DNA of 63,957 bases, counting the filler, from Rhabdomonas costata (Eukaryota): the NCBI GenBank assembly GCA_019059605.1. It is 55 parts of 55 records of this genome, joined end to end, with 100 filler letters (N's around TTAATTAATTAA, not from the genome) between each part and the next. Parts side by side here need not be neighbours in the genome. Positions count along the whole stretch, not along the records: positions 11,644 to 12,708 come from JAHMHO010030479.1; positions 12,809 to 13,874 come from JAHMHO010030480.1; positions 13,975 to 15,039 come from JAHMHO010030481.1; positions 15,140 to 16,204 come from JAHMHO010030482.1; positions 16,305 to 17,369 come from JAHMHO010030483.1; positions 17,470 to 18,533 come from JAHMHO010030484.1; positions 18,634 to 19,699 come from JAHMHO010030485.1; positions 19,800 to 20,865 come from JAHMHO010030486.1; 47 more parts are not named here. One strand, given 5' to 3'. Within the stretch, counting starts at the first letter, position 1. Each line of letters begins with the position of its first letter. A program made the position numbers and the translations under genes. Below are positions 12,455-25,623 of this stretch, piece after piece. The notes under the pieces are model-generated. The model ran no database searches. It saw only the letters and a program-made list of their open reading frames with translations, and had not been told where the DNA came from.

Positions 12455-15400
12455 GTAGTTTGACACCAACGCCCATCCTCCTTCCCATTCTATCATTATC
12501 ATCAAGGCAAAATGCAGCGTTTCATGGGCGTTTCGCCATGTTTTTTTTTGCCAGCGGCTTTCCTGTGGTGCACTCGCTCTCGCAAGAAGCACTGGGTGAA
12601 CTTAGATGGACCTGTTGAAAGCTGCAAGACCTGTTCTGTTCACCATTCCTTCGTATGCTTCCTCTCTCTCTCTCTCTCCCTCCCTCCCTTTTCGCCTTCC
12701 TCCTTCATNNNNNNNNNNNNNNNNNNNNNNNNNNNNNNNNNNNNNNNNNNNNTTAATTAATTAANNNNNNNNNNNNNNNNNNNNNNNNNNNNNNNNNNNN
12801 NNNNNNNNGGTGGTGGTGGAGGAGGAGGAGCCGAAGCTGGAGCATCGGACTGGTGGCAGGCTACCGTTGAGGGCCGCGCCAGCCCGAGCTCTTGCCGTGC
12901 CCCTTGGGGAGCCTTTATTCTTCAGCGTGGGCAGGTCTTGCAACTTGGGAAACCTTGTGGGCAGGGCAGATGGATGCCTTCTGCATTATGTGGGCACTGC
13001 TTTTTTGGATTCCCATGTTTTCAGTAGACCTCAATAGGACGTCTCATCACCGTCCATTTGTCAGGCACAATGAATACACCTTCAGCATGTCGACCATTTA
13101 GAGTTGCGCAGAGTTGAGTGCTCGGAACACACACTGGCGATTTACACCACACCTTAGCCTCGTGGCACTGCCCAGGTCCTGCACCATCTATGGACTGTGC
13201 TTATGTTCCGTGGACGTATAAGCAGGTGCGCACGGGCGTTCACTTTTCCTGTATCTTGTCTTCATCGGTCCTTTCATGTGCGCTTGCGAAGATGTCGACC
13301 CCCCTACGCGCCTATCTAGTGGGTCAGCAAAACCGAAGAGGGTGATCGAAAAAATTAACTCTCTTCAATGAGTGAGTTTGAAACCGAAACGTCGTTCTTT
13401 GTCTCCGTTTAATGGAAAACGCCACAGGTTTGCTTGCTCTGGTTCGTGTTGCTGAAAAGGAAAATGTTTCCCACAGAATTCTTGGGCGATTGGCTAGTTT
13501 ATTTCTAATATGCTTTCCCACGTACAGCTATTGCATCTTTGCCGAGTGCCGGGGTAGTTCCTCGCGGTTCCAGGCTACAACTCCGGAGGTCTGGTCACGG
13601 TCACACCGGGAACCTCTTGTTCTTATTTCATGCTTGTACAGTCCAGAGTACACTCACCATCTCACCATCACAAAACACCAATGAAACTAGTACATGGTAC
13701 CAACACACAAGACACCACTCCATGACTCACTGGCACGTACAAAAGTCGCTCTTGCTCCATGTGGATTTGTTCGTCCGTTGGCGTCGCCTTCATCAACGCG
13801 CAATCATCAACTTGGTGAGTGGCATATCAGTTTCAAACTACTTTGGTTTTTGAATGCTCTTGGATTTGTAGGTTNNNNNNNNNNNNNNNNNNNNNNNNNN
13901 NNNNNNNNNNNNNNNNNNTTAATTAATTAANNNNNNNNNNNNNNNNNNNNNNNNNNNNNNNNNNNNNNNNNNNNTTTGTTTGGTGGGGGGGGGGGCCACA
14001 GAGGGAGCACACACCACCCTGAGCTGAAATTGCCATAATCTCCGATCAACAAAAAAACCGCAACCCTTCTATTCCGGCGGCTGGCGTCGCGGCCGTTGCA
14101 CTGCTCCTGTGGCGGTGCAGGCTGCCGTGGTCTTGTGCTATGTGTGCAGTTGTGATGAAGCCAGTCTCCTCTTTCTTGTGGAGGAACTGCTCGCACAGCG
14201 GGAAAACGGAGAGGGGAGAGGATGAGGCAGAGGGTGAAGCGGAGAGTCAAATACTGGAACTGGAGCGGAGATCCGGGCAGGACTCGGGCCAGGGGGAAAC
14301 ATGCACCCCGGAGCTGCAGCAAGCAAACCCACAAGCAAACCGGACCCACAGTGATCTGCAAAGTCCGCATGGGCACCTCGTTAGGAGCGTTGGGGCTTGG
14401 ACAACGTGCCCACCTGCCCAACTCTGAGGCATTCACCACACCACTAAAATTCACGCCAGCGCGCGCTGGTGGACCCGCCCACCGTCCCTTCTCGTTTCAC
14501 TGTTCCCTCAAGTTATCACAGGTAACTCCGCACGGGCCTCTCGCACTCAAAAATCTCAACGCACTGACAGCTCACCGAAAATAGGGTCGCACACATTCTC
14601 CCACTGAAGCAGCAGACGCGCCCGAATCCCGAAAAAAGAGAGGGATTTTGTTCGAAGCGGAAACAAAACACACACCATTGCCACCCAGAAGTGGCGGGGC
14701 TTGAATCATTTCGGAAACAAGCAAAAGAAGAGCTGAATTGACGAGGGGGTGCCACCGGGAACCTCAAGACAAAGAAGGAATTCAGTTGTTTCTTCTGGGG
14801 ATAACCCAAATAAAATCAGGCAGTTCATCGCCGCAGAAACGGCTGGCAAGGACTCAACCTTGCCACTTTGTCGGCTTGCGCTCGGCCATTTTCCTGACGA
14901 GTTCTTACACACTGAGCCCTATAGCAGGACCTTAATGTTCGGGAGTACGGCAAATCGAGCACCACTGTCCCCTTGCTCAGTTTCTCTGCGCGCGCACACA
15001 CACACAGGCATTTCTAAGCAGAAAAAAGCTCCCAGAACCNNNNNNNNNNNNNNNNNNNNNNNNNNNNNNNNNNNNNNNNNNNNTTAATTAATTAANNNNN
15101 NNNNNNNNNNNNNNNNNNNNNNNNNNNNNNNNNNNNNNNGGTTTGTGGGCTTTGGCGAACAAGTGGACACTTGTATTCAAGTGGTGGAGGTCAGTCCGCG
15201 GCACGCCTGCTGGTTTGAGGCCTTTGCTGGAGGGAAAGTGAAAGGCTGGAACCGCAACCACCGCAATAGAATGAGGTGGGAGCCGTTGGAACGTTGCCTG
15301 GGTGCTTGTTTGGGTTCCTATTGGAAATATACGTCAAGCGAAACGTTCCAGCAACTAAACTGGTGGCCGGACCCCCTCGGTTTCGCTCTTCACTTTATGA

Positions 15401-15774
15401 CGGCGTTATACTGCATTACGTCGTTAGCGATGTTTTAGGGTTATCCGGTAATGCCCACCCCAAAACGGGGATGGAGACGAGGAAAGGATGATTAGAGAAT
15501 GTTGGGACCTGTGTATTCCATCATCATTCATCACTGTCCCATATATGCTTGGCATCGGTAAACGCTTAGTGAATCTCAAAAGAAAGTCACAGACGCACAT
15601 GCGCAAATACGCATGACTGCCGTTTTCGTTTGTACATCTCCCGTCCCTCCCCTCCCTCTTTTGTTGCCAAAAGCGACTCAGGCTGTAAGGACGCAAGAAA
15701 GATTGCACAGCCCCATCCTTCTTGACTTCGGCACCGGCTTCGGCCTTGGCGGCTCCTCCCATGTGTGCGCTTAG

Positions 15775-15862
15775 GCGGGTGGAGGGCCTCCCGCTGCACG
15801 TATACGAGATCATCCGTGAGGGCACGCCGTGCCATCTGTACTTCGACTGCGAGTTCGACTAT
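15775..15862 (+). CDS. PRIMPOL: Exon of a PrimPol-type (AEP superfamily) primase-polymerase, catalytic motif I
   Basis: HVYEIIREGTPCHLYFDCEFD matches PrimPol YEVI.E...C.LYFDLEF (DxE motif). Bounded by TTAG| and |GTGTGC. Confidence 0.8.
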
Positions 15863-18632
15863 GTGTGCAAGTGGTGCCAGCGGCGGGACCACCGTCAGCC
15901 CCTGCCCACCACCACAGGTGTTCCTCTGACGGGCGAGCGAGTCCTCATCAATGCAGCACATTCCCGTCATATCCGTATCCATTACCATTACCTAAACACT
16001 ACACTCGAAAATCTCGGCACCCCAGGATGCCCTAAAACGTGAAATTCCGTCCGATAATTTGCTGGGTCTGTCCAGAGAATGAGCCTCCGAGCTTAACGGA
16101 GGGCAGTGGCGTTGGTGGTACGCCGGCTGATTGGCCGCCCAGGGTCATGGCCGAGGACGCTGGCGGTGATGCTCGTCACATTTCTGTTCGTGTAAAACAC
16201 CACANNNNNNNNNNNNNNNNNNNNNNNNNNNNNNNNNNNNNNNNNNNNTTAATTAATTAANNNNNNNNNNNNNNNNNNNNNNNNNNNNNNNNNNNNNNNN
16301 NNNNTTAACGTTTCCACTGCTTTTCTAGCCAAATTATCAACACATATTTTCGCCACCCTCGTCTTGGCACTTATCCACTACTAGATTACAAGCTAAGTTT
16401 TTCGACCAACAAGTATCCACTTTCGCTTTACTCACAACTCCGGCACTAAATGCTTTTCTCTTTCTCTCCTTTTTTCACTACTATCTTTTTCACTCTAGGT
16501 ATCAAACATCAAAAAGAATCCCAACGGATTGATAAAACCCAACCACAAGACGTCAAACTTCAAACTTACACCGCACTACCGTGATTATTTTGTCATAATA
16601 AGCTGATAAATAACTAAGCGTTAGCAGACTCCCGACTTGTTGTGGGGCACCAACGAGGCAATAGATGACAATTACTCAGACCTGATGACACAAATGGTTT
16701 CTCCTCTACAACTCTCCAGCTCAAATGATTTAGTCTATCACAAAATGGCTGCTTGAATGCATCTTCTACTTTACTTACGTTTTGCGGCATCGCCGATATG
16801 ATTGCGAGATCCATCAACTCGTCAAAAAGCCTGACTAATGTAGGCTGCATCTACATTATGTTTTCCTTTAATGACACTTCCTGAGTCTCTGAGTATGTGA
16901 AAAACCTCTGCAGACGCCGTCAGGTTTCGCATCAAAACCTCCACTCTCTCCACCTTCTTCTAGTAACTAATGAAGGCAACATGCGGCACAAGCGGTTCAA
17001 TCAACTTCACCTGCACAAGCTTTGTGTTTGTTGCAAACCTTGTTTCCTTCAGTACCGAACAATAGATTTTGTCTGAAAGTTCTTTTAAGTAGACCAGCTG
17101 TCATGTGCCTGCTTTTTACAGTTGCTGAGCTTAACGTCTTTCATATAATCTGAGTTCACTGACTTTGCGGATGAAACTGTTCAATGTCAAAGAGTTTCCT
17201 CGACTCACCCAGTTTTTGCTGACTTGCCACTCGCTATGTGTTCACTTTACTGATGTTTTTAGTGCTCATCTTCTTAGAAAGTGTCTTCTTCGTCGCCATC
17301 TTCTATCGCAGACGTGATCACCACAAAACATTTTCCATTGTATCTCTGACCTACAGCCTCAACAAAACCNNNNNNNNNNNNNNNNNNNNNNNNNNNNNNN
17401 NNNNNNNNNNNNNTTAATTAATTAANNNNNNNNNNNNNNNNNNNNNNNNNNNNNNNNNNNNNNNNNNNNGTGGGGTGTTTCGGTAGAAATAGGTCTTAAT
17501 TTTGCACTCGTCGTGGTTCCTGATGTTTCAGGGCGTTATGACTTGGAGGTTTGCAACGCGGGCGAGATCCACTGAATTAGTTTGGGCCACTTGTTGTTGC
17601 CCGACAGCTTTTTTTTCCTGGTTGATACTCGTTTCAGGTTTGCATTGAATTGAATTACTTCTTGAAAGTGTGAGCCGGGAAATGTGTGCAAGTCATCTTT
17701 GTGCATTTGTAGCACAAGCCATATCGATGACTTTGGAGATGTGACGCAATAATGCAATGTAAGGAATATTACATTCACTCCAAGCTTTCTCATTTCGTTT
17801 CCGTTGTCTCAGAGCTCCACTTTCTTCGTCTTCTTGTTTTTTGTTTGTAAATTTCTTTATTATTCTTTTTTTGCTTCACTCCGCTGCGCTTCTCTTTCAC
17901 TTTTTCACTTCTTTCCGTTTGGTATTCCCCTCGGCATCGTTTTGTCGCGAGCAGCGGCGTGTGCCCTACAGAATGGTATCTCCACTGTTCTCAACTCACA
18001 CCTCATGTCTTCTTATAGTTGGTACAATCTCCCTTGAAACCGTTTTCCTGGAGGAGTCATTTGGCCAGTCCACAACCTAACCCGTTAATGTTCACGTGTT
18101 GCACGAAACAAACCGCGTGGTGGGAAGCCGCAAAGCCCACCACCCCCCACTCACCCAACTTTTCGGGGAACAGCTGGGGGATGCCTTTCTCATTTTCTCA
18201 TTGGGGCAGCCCCAAACGTGAAGAGGGGCATTCGAGCGTGTTTTCCCCCTTTTGACGCCGTTGTTTTGCTCTCGGTAAGGCCCAGGGCGAATCTCGGTTC
18301 AAACACCGCGGCTGTGATGTACACATTTCTGCTCGCGATATTTCTTTTTTTTTTTTGCAGAATCGGTCCCGGACGCCAACGCTGAAGCCGGCAGCGAGCA
18401 GGTTGTCCGGTTTTGTCGTGCCTGTTTTTCTGTGTGAGTGAGGCATTATGCAATCAGGCGGAATACAGTGCTTGCGTCGGTTTGCAGAATGCCTCACTCA
18501 CACAGAAAAACAAACACCCAAACACACCCCCCCNNNNNNNNNNNNNNNNNNNNNNNNNNNNNNNNNNNNNNNNNNNNTTAATTAATTAANNNNNNNNNNN
18601 NNNNNNNNNNNNNNNNNNNNNNNNNNNNNNNN

Positions 18633-19363
18633 NTTTTTGCATTCGGGTATTTGGATTTCTGTCTTCGGTCTTCGGCCTTCGGGTTCGGGTTTCTGCCTTC
18701 GGGTTCCTTGATGTCCCTCGGGATATCCAAGCTGAGATGGTGAGATGAAGGAATTCGGCACCACTTCCGGGGGCAGCGCAGGAGAAGAGCGAGCAGGTGC
18801 CGAAGGCTCGTCGTCGGAGCCGTCGGAGTGGTGCTCCGGAGAACGCGAGGGGCGGTATGCAGCTGAGGAAGAGGAGCCCGTGGGATGCGCGGTGGCGTAG
18901 TAGAGCAGAGGGGCCAAAAGCAGAACCACGACCAATGCGGGCCACGGCGAGAGGAACGCCGCGCCGACCCAGTGGAAGGCCGGGGTGACCACCCCCAGCC
19001 AGATCGCGTTGAAGAGCAGGCACCCGAACACCGTGCAGAAGACCTTTTTGGTGGGTGAGGAGGGGAAGGGTGAGCGCAGGGAAAGAGTGAGGAAAGAGTG
19101 AGAAAAGTAGAGGCAGTCGTGCCATACCTCACGGTGGCCCGTCAGTAGGGTGCAGAAATTCTATCGGGGAGCGCCAAAAGACTTAACATTACCACCAACA
19201 AACGATGACCCACCCAAGCAACCCACACAACAGGCAGCACACGGACCAAAACCACGCGTGGGGTGACGCCCATGGAGGACTCCAGGGTCAGCATCGCGAG
19301 CCAGTGGTGGCGGGCCCGTGCCAAGGCCAACAGTGAGGCCAGCCTGCCCTCGGAGGACGCGGC
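18633..19363 (-). CDS. Putative membrane protein, two exons (19363-19247 and 19043 downward)
   Basis: Phase-0 intron GTCCGT...AAAAAG joins TPRVVL|VFCTVFGCLLFNAIWLGVV. Two hydrophobic segments are followed by a Ser/Pro-rich tail. The 3' boundary is uncertain. Confidence 0.55.
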
Positions 19364-19799
19364 CTGTGGAGCACAAAGAGGAAGTGGAAGAATGCAAGAA
19401 GAGCAAATTGGAGTTTGGGAATCAAAAGAAATTGAGGTTAAAAAAAAGAGGAAGAAACCATAGCGGCCGAGTGGGAAAGAGCCAGCCCCGTACAGTTTCG
19501 GTGGACGTGGTGCAACAACTGACTCCTTGGACGCCCCCCCTCACCATGGTTCAGCTTTGGAGTTTCATAAGCCTGCTCAGTTTTAATGCACGGGTTGGGG
19601 CAGGTGTGTCAAGGAGAAAAGGAGAGAATAATATATATAGAATAAGAATAAGAATGCCGAAAATGCCAGCGATGCCTCCCATGGAGAGACAACAAAAAAN
19701 NNNNNNNNNNNNNNNNNNNNNNNNNNNNNNNNNNNNNNNNNNNTTAATTAATTAANNNNNNNNNNNNNNNNNNNNNNNNNNNNNNNNNNNNNNNNNNNN

Positions 19800-19816
19800 G
19801 TGTTGGGTGTGTTTGG
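19800..19816 (+). other. Residual whole-genome-amplification primer
   Basis: The contig begins GTGTTGGGTGTGTTTGG, which matches my recollection of the GenomePlex/PicoPLEX-type universal primer TGTGTTGGGTGTGTTTGG. Degenerate versions start the contigs at 2333, 3500 and 5832. Confidence 0.75.
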
Positions 19817-21427
19817 TGTTTGTGTGTGTGTGTGTGTGTGTAAGGGGGGAGGGGGTCGTACAATCTTCCAGGGAGGTCGTACAATCTTCCAGGGACGGAG
19901 CCCGTCCAATCTTGAATCACTCGAGGCTGTACTCTTTGCTGCCGGACGGACGCTAATTGCTCCCGGTGTCACGCTACGATACCTTCGAAGCGGAAGACAG
20001 TCAACGAAGGGGTTGGTTCCAGACGAGTGGGGGTATCCTGTTAAGGGTGGTTGCAAGTCCCGTGTTTATAAATCGCGGTGAACACTTTTGCTTGGCGAAC
20101 TCAACAAGGCAGGGTCTGATGCTGCGAATGTATTTCATGGAAGACACGTGCCATCCAATTCGGCACAACCAAAAATTCCTTCACGGCCTTAAGCGCTCCA
20201 AACCACATTATGGACACGGGATAAACTTGGTTTCCGGCGAGTACCCCTCCTCGGATTATCCCTATTCCAGTCACACAGCGAAGATTCATCTCCACATGAA
20301 AACACCAGTCAAGGTAAGAAAAAGTGTCTCATTTATGGCACAAGGTCTCATGCTAAAAGTAGGGGTTTGAGAAATCCTTCTTGTCCACCGCGATAAATAT
20401 TGAGTAGGTGCCCGAGTACGTGTCCTCTCGCCTCCATTTGGCTTGCCTGTGACACAATGCCCTCAATCCCTTCGTCGAGGCCAAGTCTGGCGGGTGCTCT
20501 GTGTGCTCGCCCACAGTTTCGGCTCCTGCTTGCCAGTGCGCCTGCAGACGGGGACACGAAGAGCTGCTGCAGTAGCAACAGCAATGGCGACAGCAACGAT
20601 CCCTTTCGAGGGCTACCCAAGCCAACCAAGGTGCGACCCAGCCAACCTGCCACCTGAGTTTGCTTAAAACGCTATTGAGCGAGAGCGGGTTGCTTGTGGT
20701 GAGTGTGATGTGAAGGGTCGCTTAAATGAGTGCATTTATGCCCCCCCCATCAAGTGTAAGTTTGCCCCCCCTGCCTGCTGTAACCCGCACATGTATGTCC
20801 AACAAATGAATCCACCTGTGATCCTGGGTCGCTCCGCGGCCCAAGACAACCTGGACATTCTTCTCNNNNNNNNNNNNNNNNNNNNNNNNNNNNNNNNNNN
20901 NNNNNNNNNTTAATTAATTAANNNNNNNNNNNNNNNNNNNNNNNNNNNNNNNNNNNNNNNNNNNNTGACGCGCATACCAATTTATCAGGTGCCTCCATCA
21001 CAGCAGCCTCGGATTAGACCTCTGCCCCTCCTGCTCGCAGCACCCTTTCATACACTGTGAACGCCCAGCTCATGAGAATTCATGGCTGTTCCTCAAACAA
21101 TTCCGGGCCAGTGCTTTGCAGCACCATTGGCCAGAAAATTCACACACCATCAAGAAGAGTGATGATAACAGGGGTTGTGTGGCCCTCCCATTGGGACGGA
21201 CATGAGGAGTTTGGCGACGACACTTGGAATTTGGCAAGGGGGGCACTGATTCATAGCTTCGCCCAAATATCACGGGCAACTCTGCACCCCCCCCCCTCTC
21301 GATAGGTAGTCCTTGATAACACAAAAACGCTGCATTCTTCCTCATACACATCTGTGCTAGCACAATGCTGAGAGAGTGATAATCCAGCGCGAAACCAGAA
21401 CCTCGAACAGACCTCGGGGGTAGAAAC

Positions 21428-21651
21428 CTGCTCAAACTTCCCCAGCTGGCCAGCGAAGCTCCACAGGTAGTTGGGGTCAGGGGAGTCAAAGAAGGAAGCT
21501 CGGAAGCCGTCTCCTCCCTTTACTTGGTGCGGCTTGCCGTCAAGAAGGAAGTCCATCTCCCCGCGTCGTTCCAATCGGAGGGACGCTGCGTGCCTCCCGT
21601 CCAGCGGTACCACTGCCCGCTTCGCAGCTCTTTCACCCGTTCTGAAACCCC
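21428..21651 (-). CDS. Probable internal exon, unknown protein
   Basis: GC3-rich frame GFRTGERAAKRAVVPLDG...MDFLLDGKPHQVKGGDGFRASFFDSPDPNYLWSFAGQLGKFEQ between CTGCAG| and |GTTTCT. Confidence 0.5.
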
Positions 21652-22827
21652 CTGCAGAAGACAGCAGAGAGAAAAGGGAATGTACCCCAGGAGCATCCGG
21701 CCTCATTCTTTGGAGAAGTCTGCCAGCATGGGGTTACAAATCACACACAGGTCGCAATAAGCCGAGCTGCGCATCCTGCCGTTGTCCAAGGTCTCTCAGT
21801 GGTCCCGAAACCCCCTGCAGATCAAAGAATAAGCTACTCGCTCTCGGACTGCCACTGCGAACAGGGTGTGCATCCAGAAAAGATGTGAAGTTTCGCCCGG
21901 TTCCTCAGGCGCTTGCTTGGGGTGTTTCTCAGCTGTTTTTTTGTATCGTCTAAATCTCAAACATTGCGCTCTAGGCACCCCTTCCGCCCGCCCCACGTAA
22001 TGTCCCTGGTCGAAACAAGCACTGCCCTNNNNNNNNNNNNNNNNNNNNNNNNNNNNNNNNNNNNNNNNNNNNTTAATTAATTAANNNNNNNNNNNNNNNN
22101 NNNNNNNNNNNNNNNNNNNNNNNNNNNNGTTGTTCCTGCCTCCGCTGAAGAAAGATTTATGCGTGTGTGTGGGCGGGGGGGATCTTGGGATGCACCACAT
22201 CCCCATCACAAAAAATCATACCGGCAGCCCTAAAATATTCGGAGGGGCAGCCGAAAAGGCGGGAAGGAGCGGGACAAGATCGACACGTTAGAAGGACCTG
22301 TTAATGAAGAAGGTGGGCACGGAGACCCCGAAGAGCGCCGAAACTGCCCTGTAAAAATGTCACAAACCCATTACACTATTAAACGTATATACAATGGCGC
22401 CAATCCAAGAACCTGAGCCCTGCGCCAGGGAAGGTAACACAAAATAGTTCGGGACGTGAGGGTCAAACTCCACAAAAAAGAAGGCTCAACGGATGCAGGG
22501 GTGCACCGCTGGGAGTCACGATTGTGGACAAAGAGAAAGGAGAGAAAGAGCCTACGCACATAAGTCGGTTGCGCGTTCAAGCATGAAAAACGCGAGCGAA
22601 AGACACCACAATGAGAAAGCGGGGGAAAGAGCCAGGAGCAGAATCTGCATCTGTCTTGGAAAAACAGAACCATGCCCCAATGTGAAGGAACATCTGTTTT
22701 GAATTTTGTTTGTAGAACAGCCCGTGCTCACTCGTCTAACGTGCCCCGCGGCTTCAAAACAACCACTCGAAATCCCATCCTTTCGGATCCAACAGCACAC
22801 TCCCAATCCGTGCACTCTGCAGCATAC

Positions 22828-23183
22828 ATCTCGTCGTAGCTCAGCAGGTCCTGCAGCCGCAGCCCAAACTCCCCCTCGTTCGCTTTCCCGATGCTCTCGA
22901 ACCCCCCAGCGCCTAGCTTCACCGGCCTTCTCAGAAGATACTCGTCCTCGGCGCCCACAAACATAAGAGGTCTACAGTGCATAAGTCGGTCCAGGAGTTC
23001 GCTCCAGCCCATGTCCCGGTACAGAGCCTTTTCAACTTCCGTGCCGACTCTTCTCTTGACGTCCAGGAACCTCTGCAGGAGATCACGGGTCTCCTCGCAG
23101 GCGATAATGCGAACTGTGCGGGCCATGTCCACGATCTCCTTCTTCTTGGCCGCGGACCCCGCGGCAACTGCGGAGAACGGCAC
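22828..23183 (-). CDS. Exon of a DUF4804-family (MavL-like macrodomain) protein
   Basis: FLDVKRRVGTEVEKALYRDMGWSELLDRLMHCRPLMFVGAEDEYLLR...GAGGFESIG...LRLQDLLSYDE(M) follows the DUF4804 N-terminal pattern (FL..K...GS..EK.LY..M.....I.RLL.KRPL.F....D.YLL...G.GGFE.IG...L.L.DYLSYDE). Donor |GTATGC. Confidence 0.75.
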
Positions 23184-23892
23184 GCTGTTTCTGNNNNNNN
23201 NNNNNNNNNNNNNNNNNNNNNNNNNNNNNNNNNNNNNTTAATTAATTAANNNNNNNNNNNNNNNNNNNNNNNNNNNNNNNNNNNNNNNNNNNNGGGTTTT
23301 GGTTTACAAAGGGTTACAAAGGTTTTGGGATTCTATGCCTACTGCACACGTCGACATCTGCGGTGGAAAATGCGCTGGACGAGATTTTTTCGTGCATGTG
23401 CCTTCCTAAGATTGGTGGCCTTAGCATTTTTTTCTTTTCCGTTCTTTCCCGTCTGTGGTGTCGTTCAACCAGCTGGTGGTGACGGGGACCATTTGTTTCC
23501 CGGATGCATTTGCAGCAAGTATATTTTGAGTGAGAGAGACTCGCCAATGAGAGAAAGCGCACGTCAGCCCCTGTGGAGGGAAAGAGATCCCGCATTTCCA
23601 GCCCCCGATAAAAAGAAAACCCTCAGGGGGCACTTCACCTCAGAGATGCAGCAGACACAATGACAACACAGTCTGGCAAACCCAGGAAACCTGGAAGTGA
23701 CGCATAACCTGGCGGCCCCCCCACACACACACACACGTAGCGCCTTGGCATACACACACACACCACATTAACCTTTTGAACAGTCCCACTATTTTGTGCT
23801 ATGGAATTGGAATGCCTGCATGGTTTTATGTGCCGCATCCTTTCCTCTCTCTCCACCTGAGCTGCACCCTTCTGGTGGTGTTTCATTACAAG

Positions 23893-24179
23893 GTTCGGCC
23901 CGAACCGAGGACAACGATAGTGACAATGACATGGCGGACATTGAGGAGGGGGAGGAGGCCGCTCCGCTGCGGGTGGAGCCCGTGCCGGCAAAACTTCGGC
24001 GGGCCAAGCGACGCGAGGCGGAGGTTGGGGCGCAGGTCGTGGTGTTCTGCAACACCGTGGCGGACTGCGATGAAGTCTCTCAGTTCCTCTCCGAAGCGGA
24101 GGTCCCCCACGTGGCCTACCACGGGGGCGTTGACTCCCGGGAGAGGCGGAAGAGGTTCGAGGCCTTCTTAGACGGCCAG
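23893..24179 (+). CDS. Exon of a DEAD-box RNA helicase, C-terminal RecA domain
   Basis: VVVFCNTVADCDEVSQFL...VAYHGGVDSRERRKRFEAFLDGQ contains motifs IV and IVa. Bounded by ACAAG| and |GTGTGT. Confidence 0.85.
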
Positions 24180-25623
24180 GTGTGTGTGTGTTGGGCGCAT
24201 TGCGCGCTGGCTGTTGCCTGGTTGACTGGTTGACTGGCTGGTGTGTGTGTGTGTGTGTGTGTATGTGTGTGTTGGTGAAGAGCCCAAGAAACAGTGAAGC
24301 CTGTCGAGGCTTCGCAACGAAGGCCATAGAGAGCAACAGATAACGATCCAAAAACCCCNNNNNNNNNNNNNNNNNNNNNNNNNNNNNNNNNNNNNNNNNN
24401 NNTTAATTAATTAANNNNNNNNNNNNNNNNNNNNNNNNNNNNNNNNNNNNNNNNNNNNTGTGGGTGGTTCAGCGAAGGGTGCCTGCCCTTTGCGGAAATA
24501 CCGTGACTTGGGTTGCTGCGGCGTTTTGTGTGTTTTTCCATCCTCGTGTCCCACACAGTGCTCGCGGAAGTGGGGTTCGGAGTCCCTGGCTGCACTGGTT
24601 CAGTCCTTAATGCGGTGCGCAGGTATGCGCCCCCCATCCCCCTCACCTCCGCTCACGTGGGTCTCTGTTTCTCAATCACAAAGGCGGGAGGGAGGAGCGG
24701 GACAGTTGAGTCAGTAAGACTCTTGACGTTTTGGGTTCCTCCTGGCTTCCACCGCTTTTATGGCTTTCGGCGAGCATACATGATTTGAGGGGCTCTGTCC
24801 CCAGTTCAAAAGAGCACCACCTGTGATTTGCAGGGGATGTGGGGATGTGGGGCTTGCTAGGGATTGTGGTCCCCAAGGCGGGGGTGCACCGCCGCAGCTC
24901 GTCCGCCGAGGTCCACCTCCCCGGAAGTACCAGCGGGGTGAGCTCCCGAGGCTCGGGCGATTTAGACTCCGAACCTCACCTCGGGACTCAGGCAACCTCA
25001 CCCCCCGTTCCCCACATCCCTTTTTGCAAAGAAGTTCCCTCTTCACCCCAAATTCCCAACTTCACGTGAAGGATCGAATGTCGGCTTTCAGGCACTTAGT
25101 GTAGCTTTGCGTATGATCAGGGTACAGGACAGTCTTGCTGTGTGAACGGCTGTCTGCATGAAGAATGAATGTATGCATGAATGGCTGCGCAGCCACCAGG
25201 CACATACACATACTTAGGCAAACAAACTTTACAGGTCACTTCCAATGCGGATACCCTGAAGCTTTGCCTGCACCTTGTGGTGGACATCCTGGCAGCCAAC
25301 CCAGAGCGGTGTGCCCTCTGCGTTCTTTACAAATAACAAGCAGTTGGTTAGTTTGGAAATGTGCAGAGAAGTCAAGTTGCGCAAGCGACAGGGGTGGGGG
25401 TCTTCCAGAAATTTGCCTTTGGATGCTTAACGGTGATACTCCTTCAGCCCCCCCCCCCCAAAAAAATGCAGTAGCCCCTACCGTCATCGAACTTCGTAGA
25501 GATAGTTTCCACTGGTCAAACGANNNNNNNNNNNNNNNNNNNNNNNNNNNNNNNNNNNNNNNNNNNNTTAATTAATTAANNNNNNNNNNNNNNNNNNNNN
25601 NNNNNNNNNNNNNNNNNNNNNNN

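Noticed and set aside
16305-17369. AT-richer contig that might be a decayed mobile element
   Set aside because: The frames I translated are interrupted and I found no diagnostic RT, integrase or transposase motif.
19853-19894. Short tandem duplications (GGTCGTACAATCTTCCAGGGA x2; similar pairs near 9629-9652 and 42072-42118)
   Set aside because: Two-copy local slippage duplications without spacers, not arrays.
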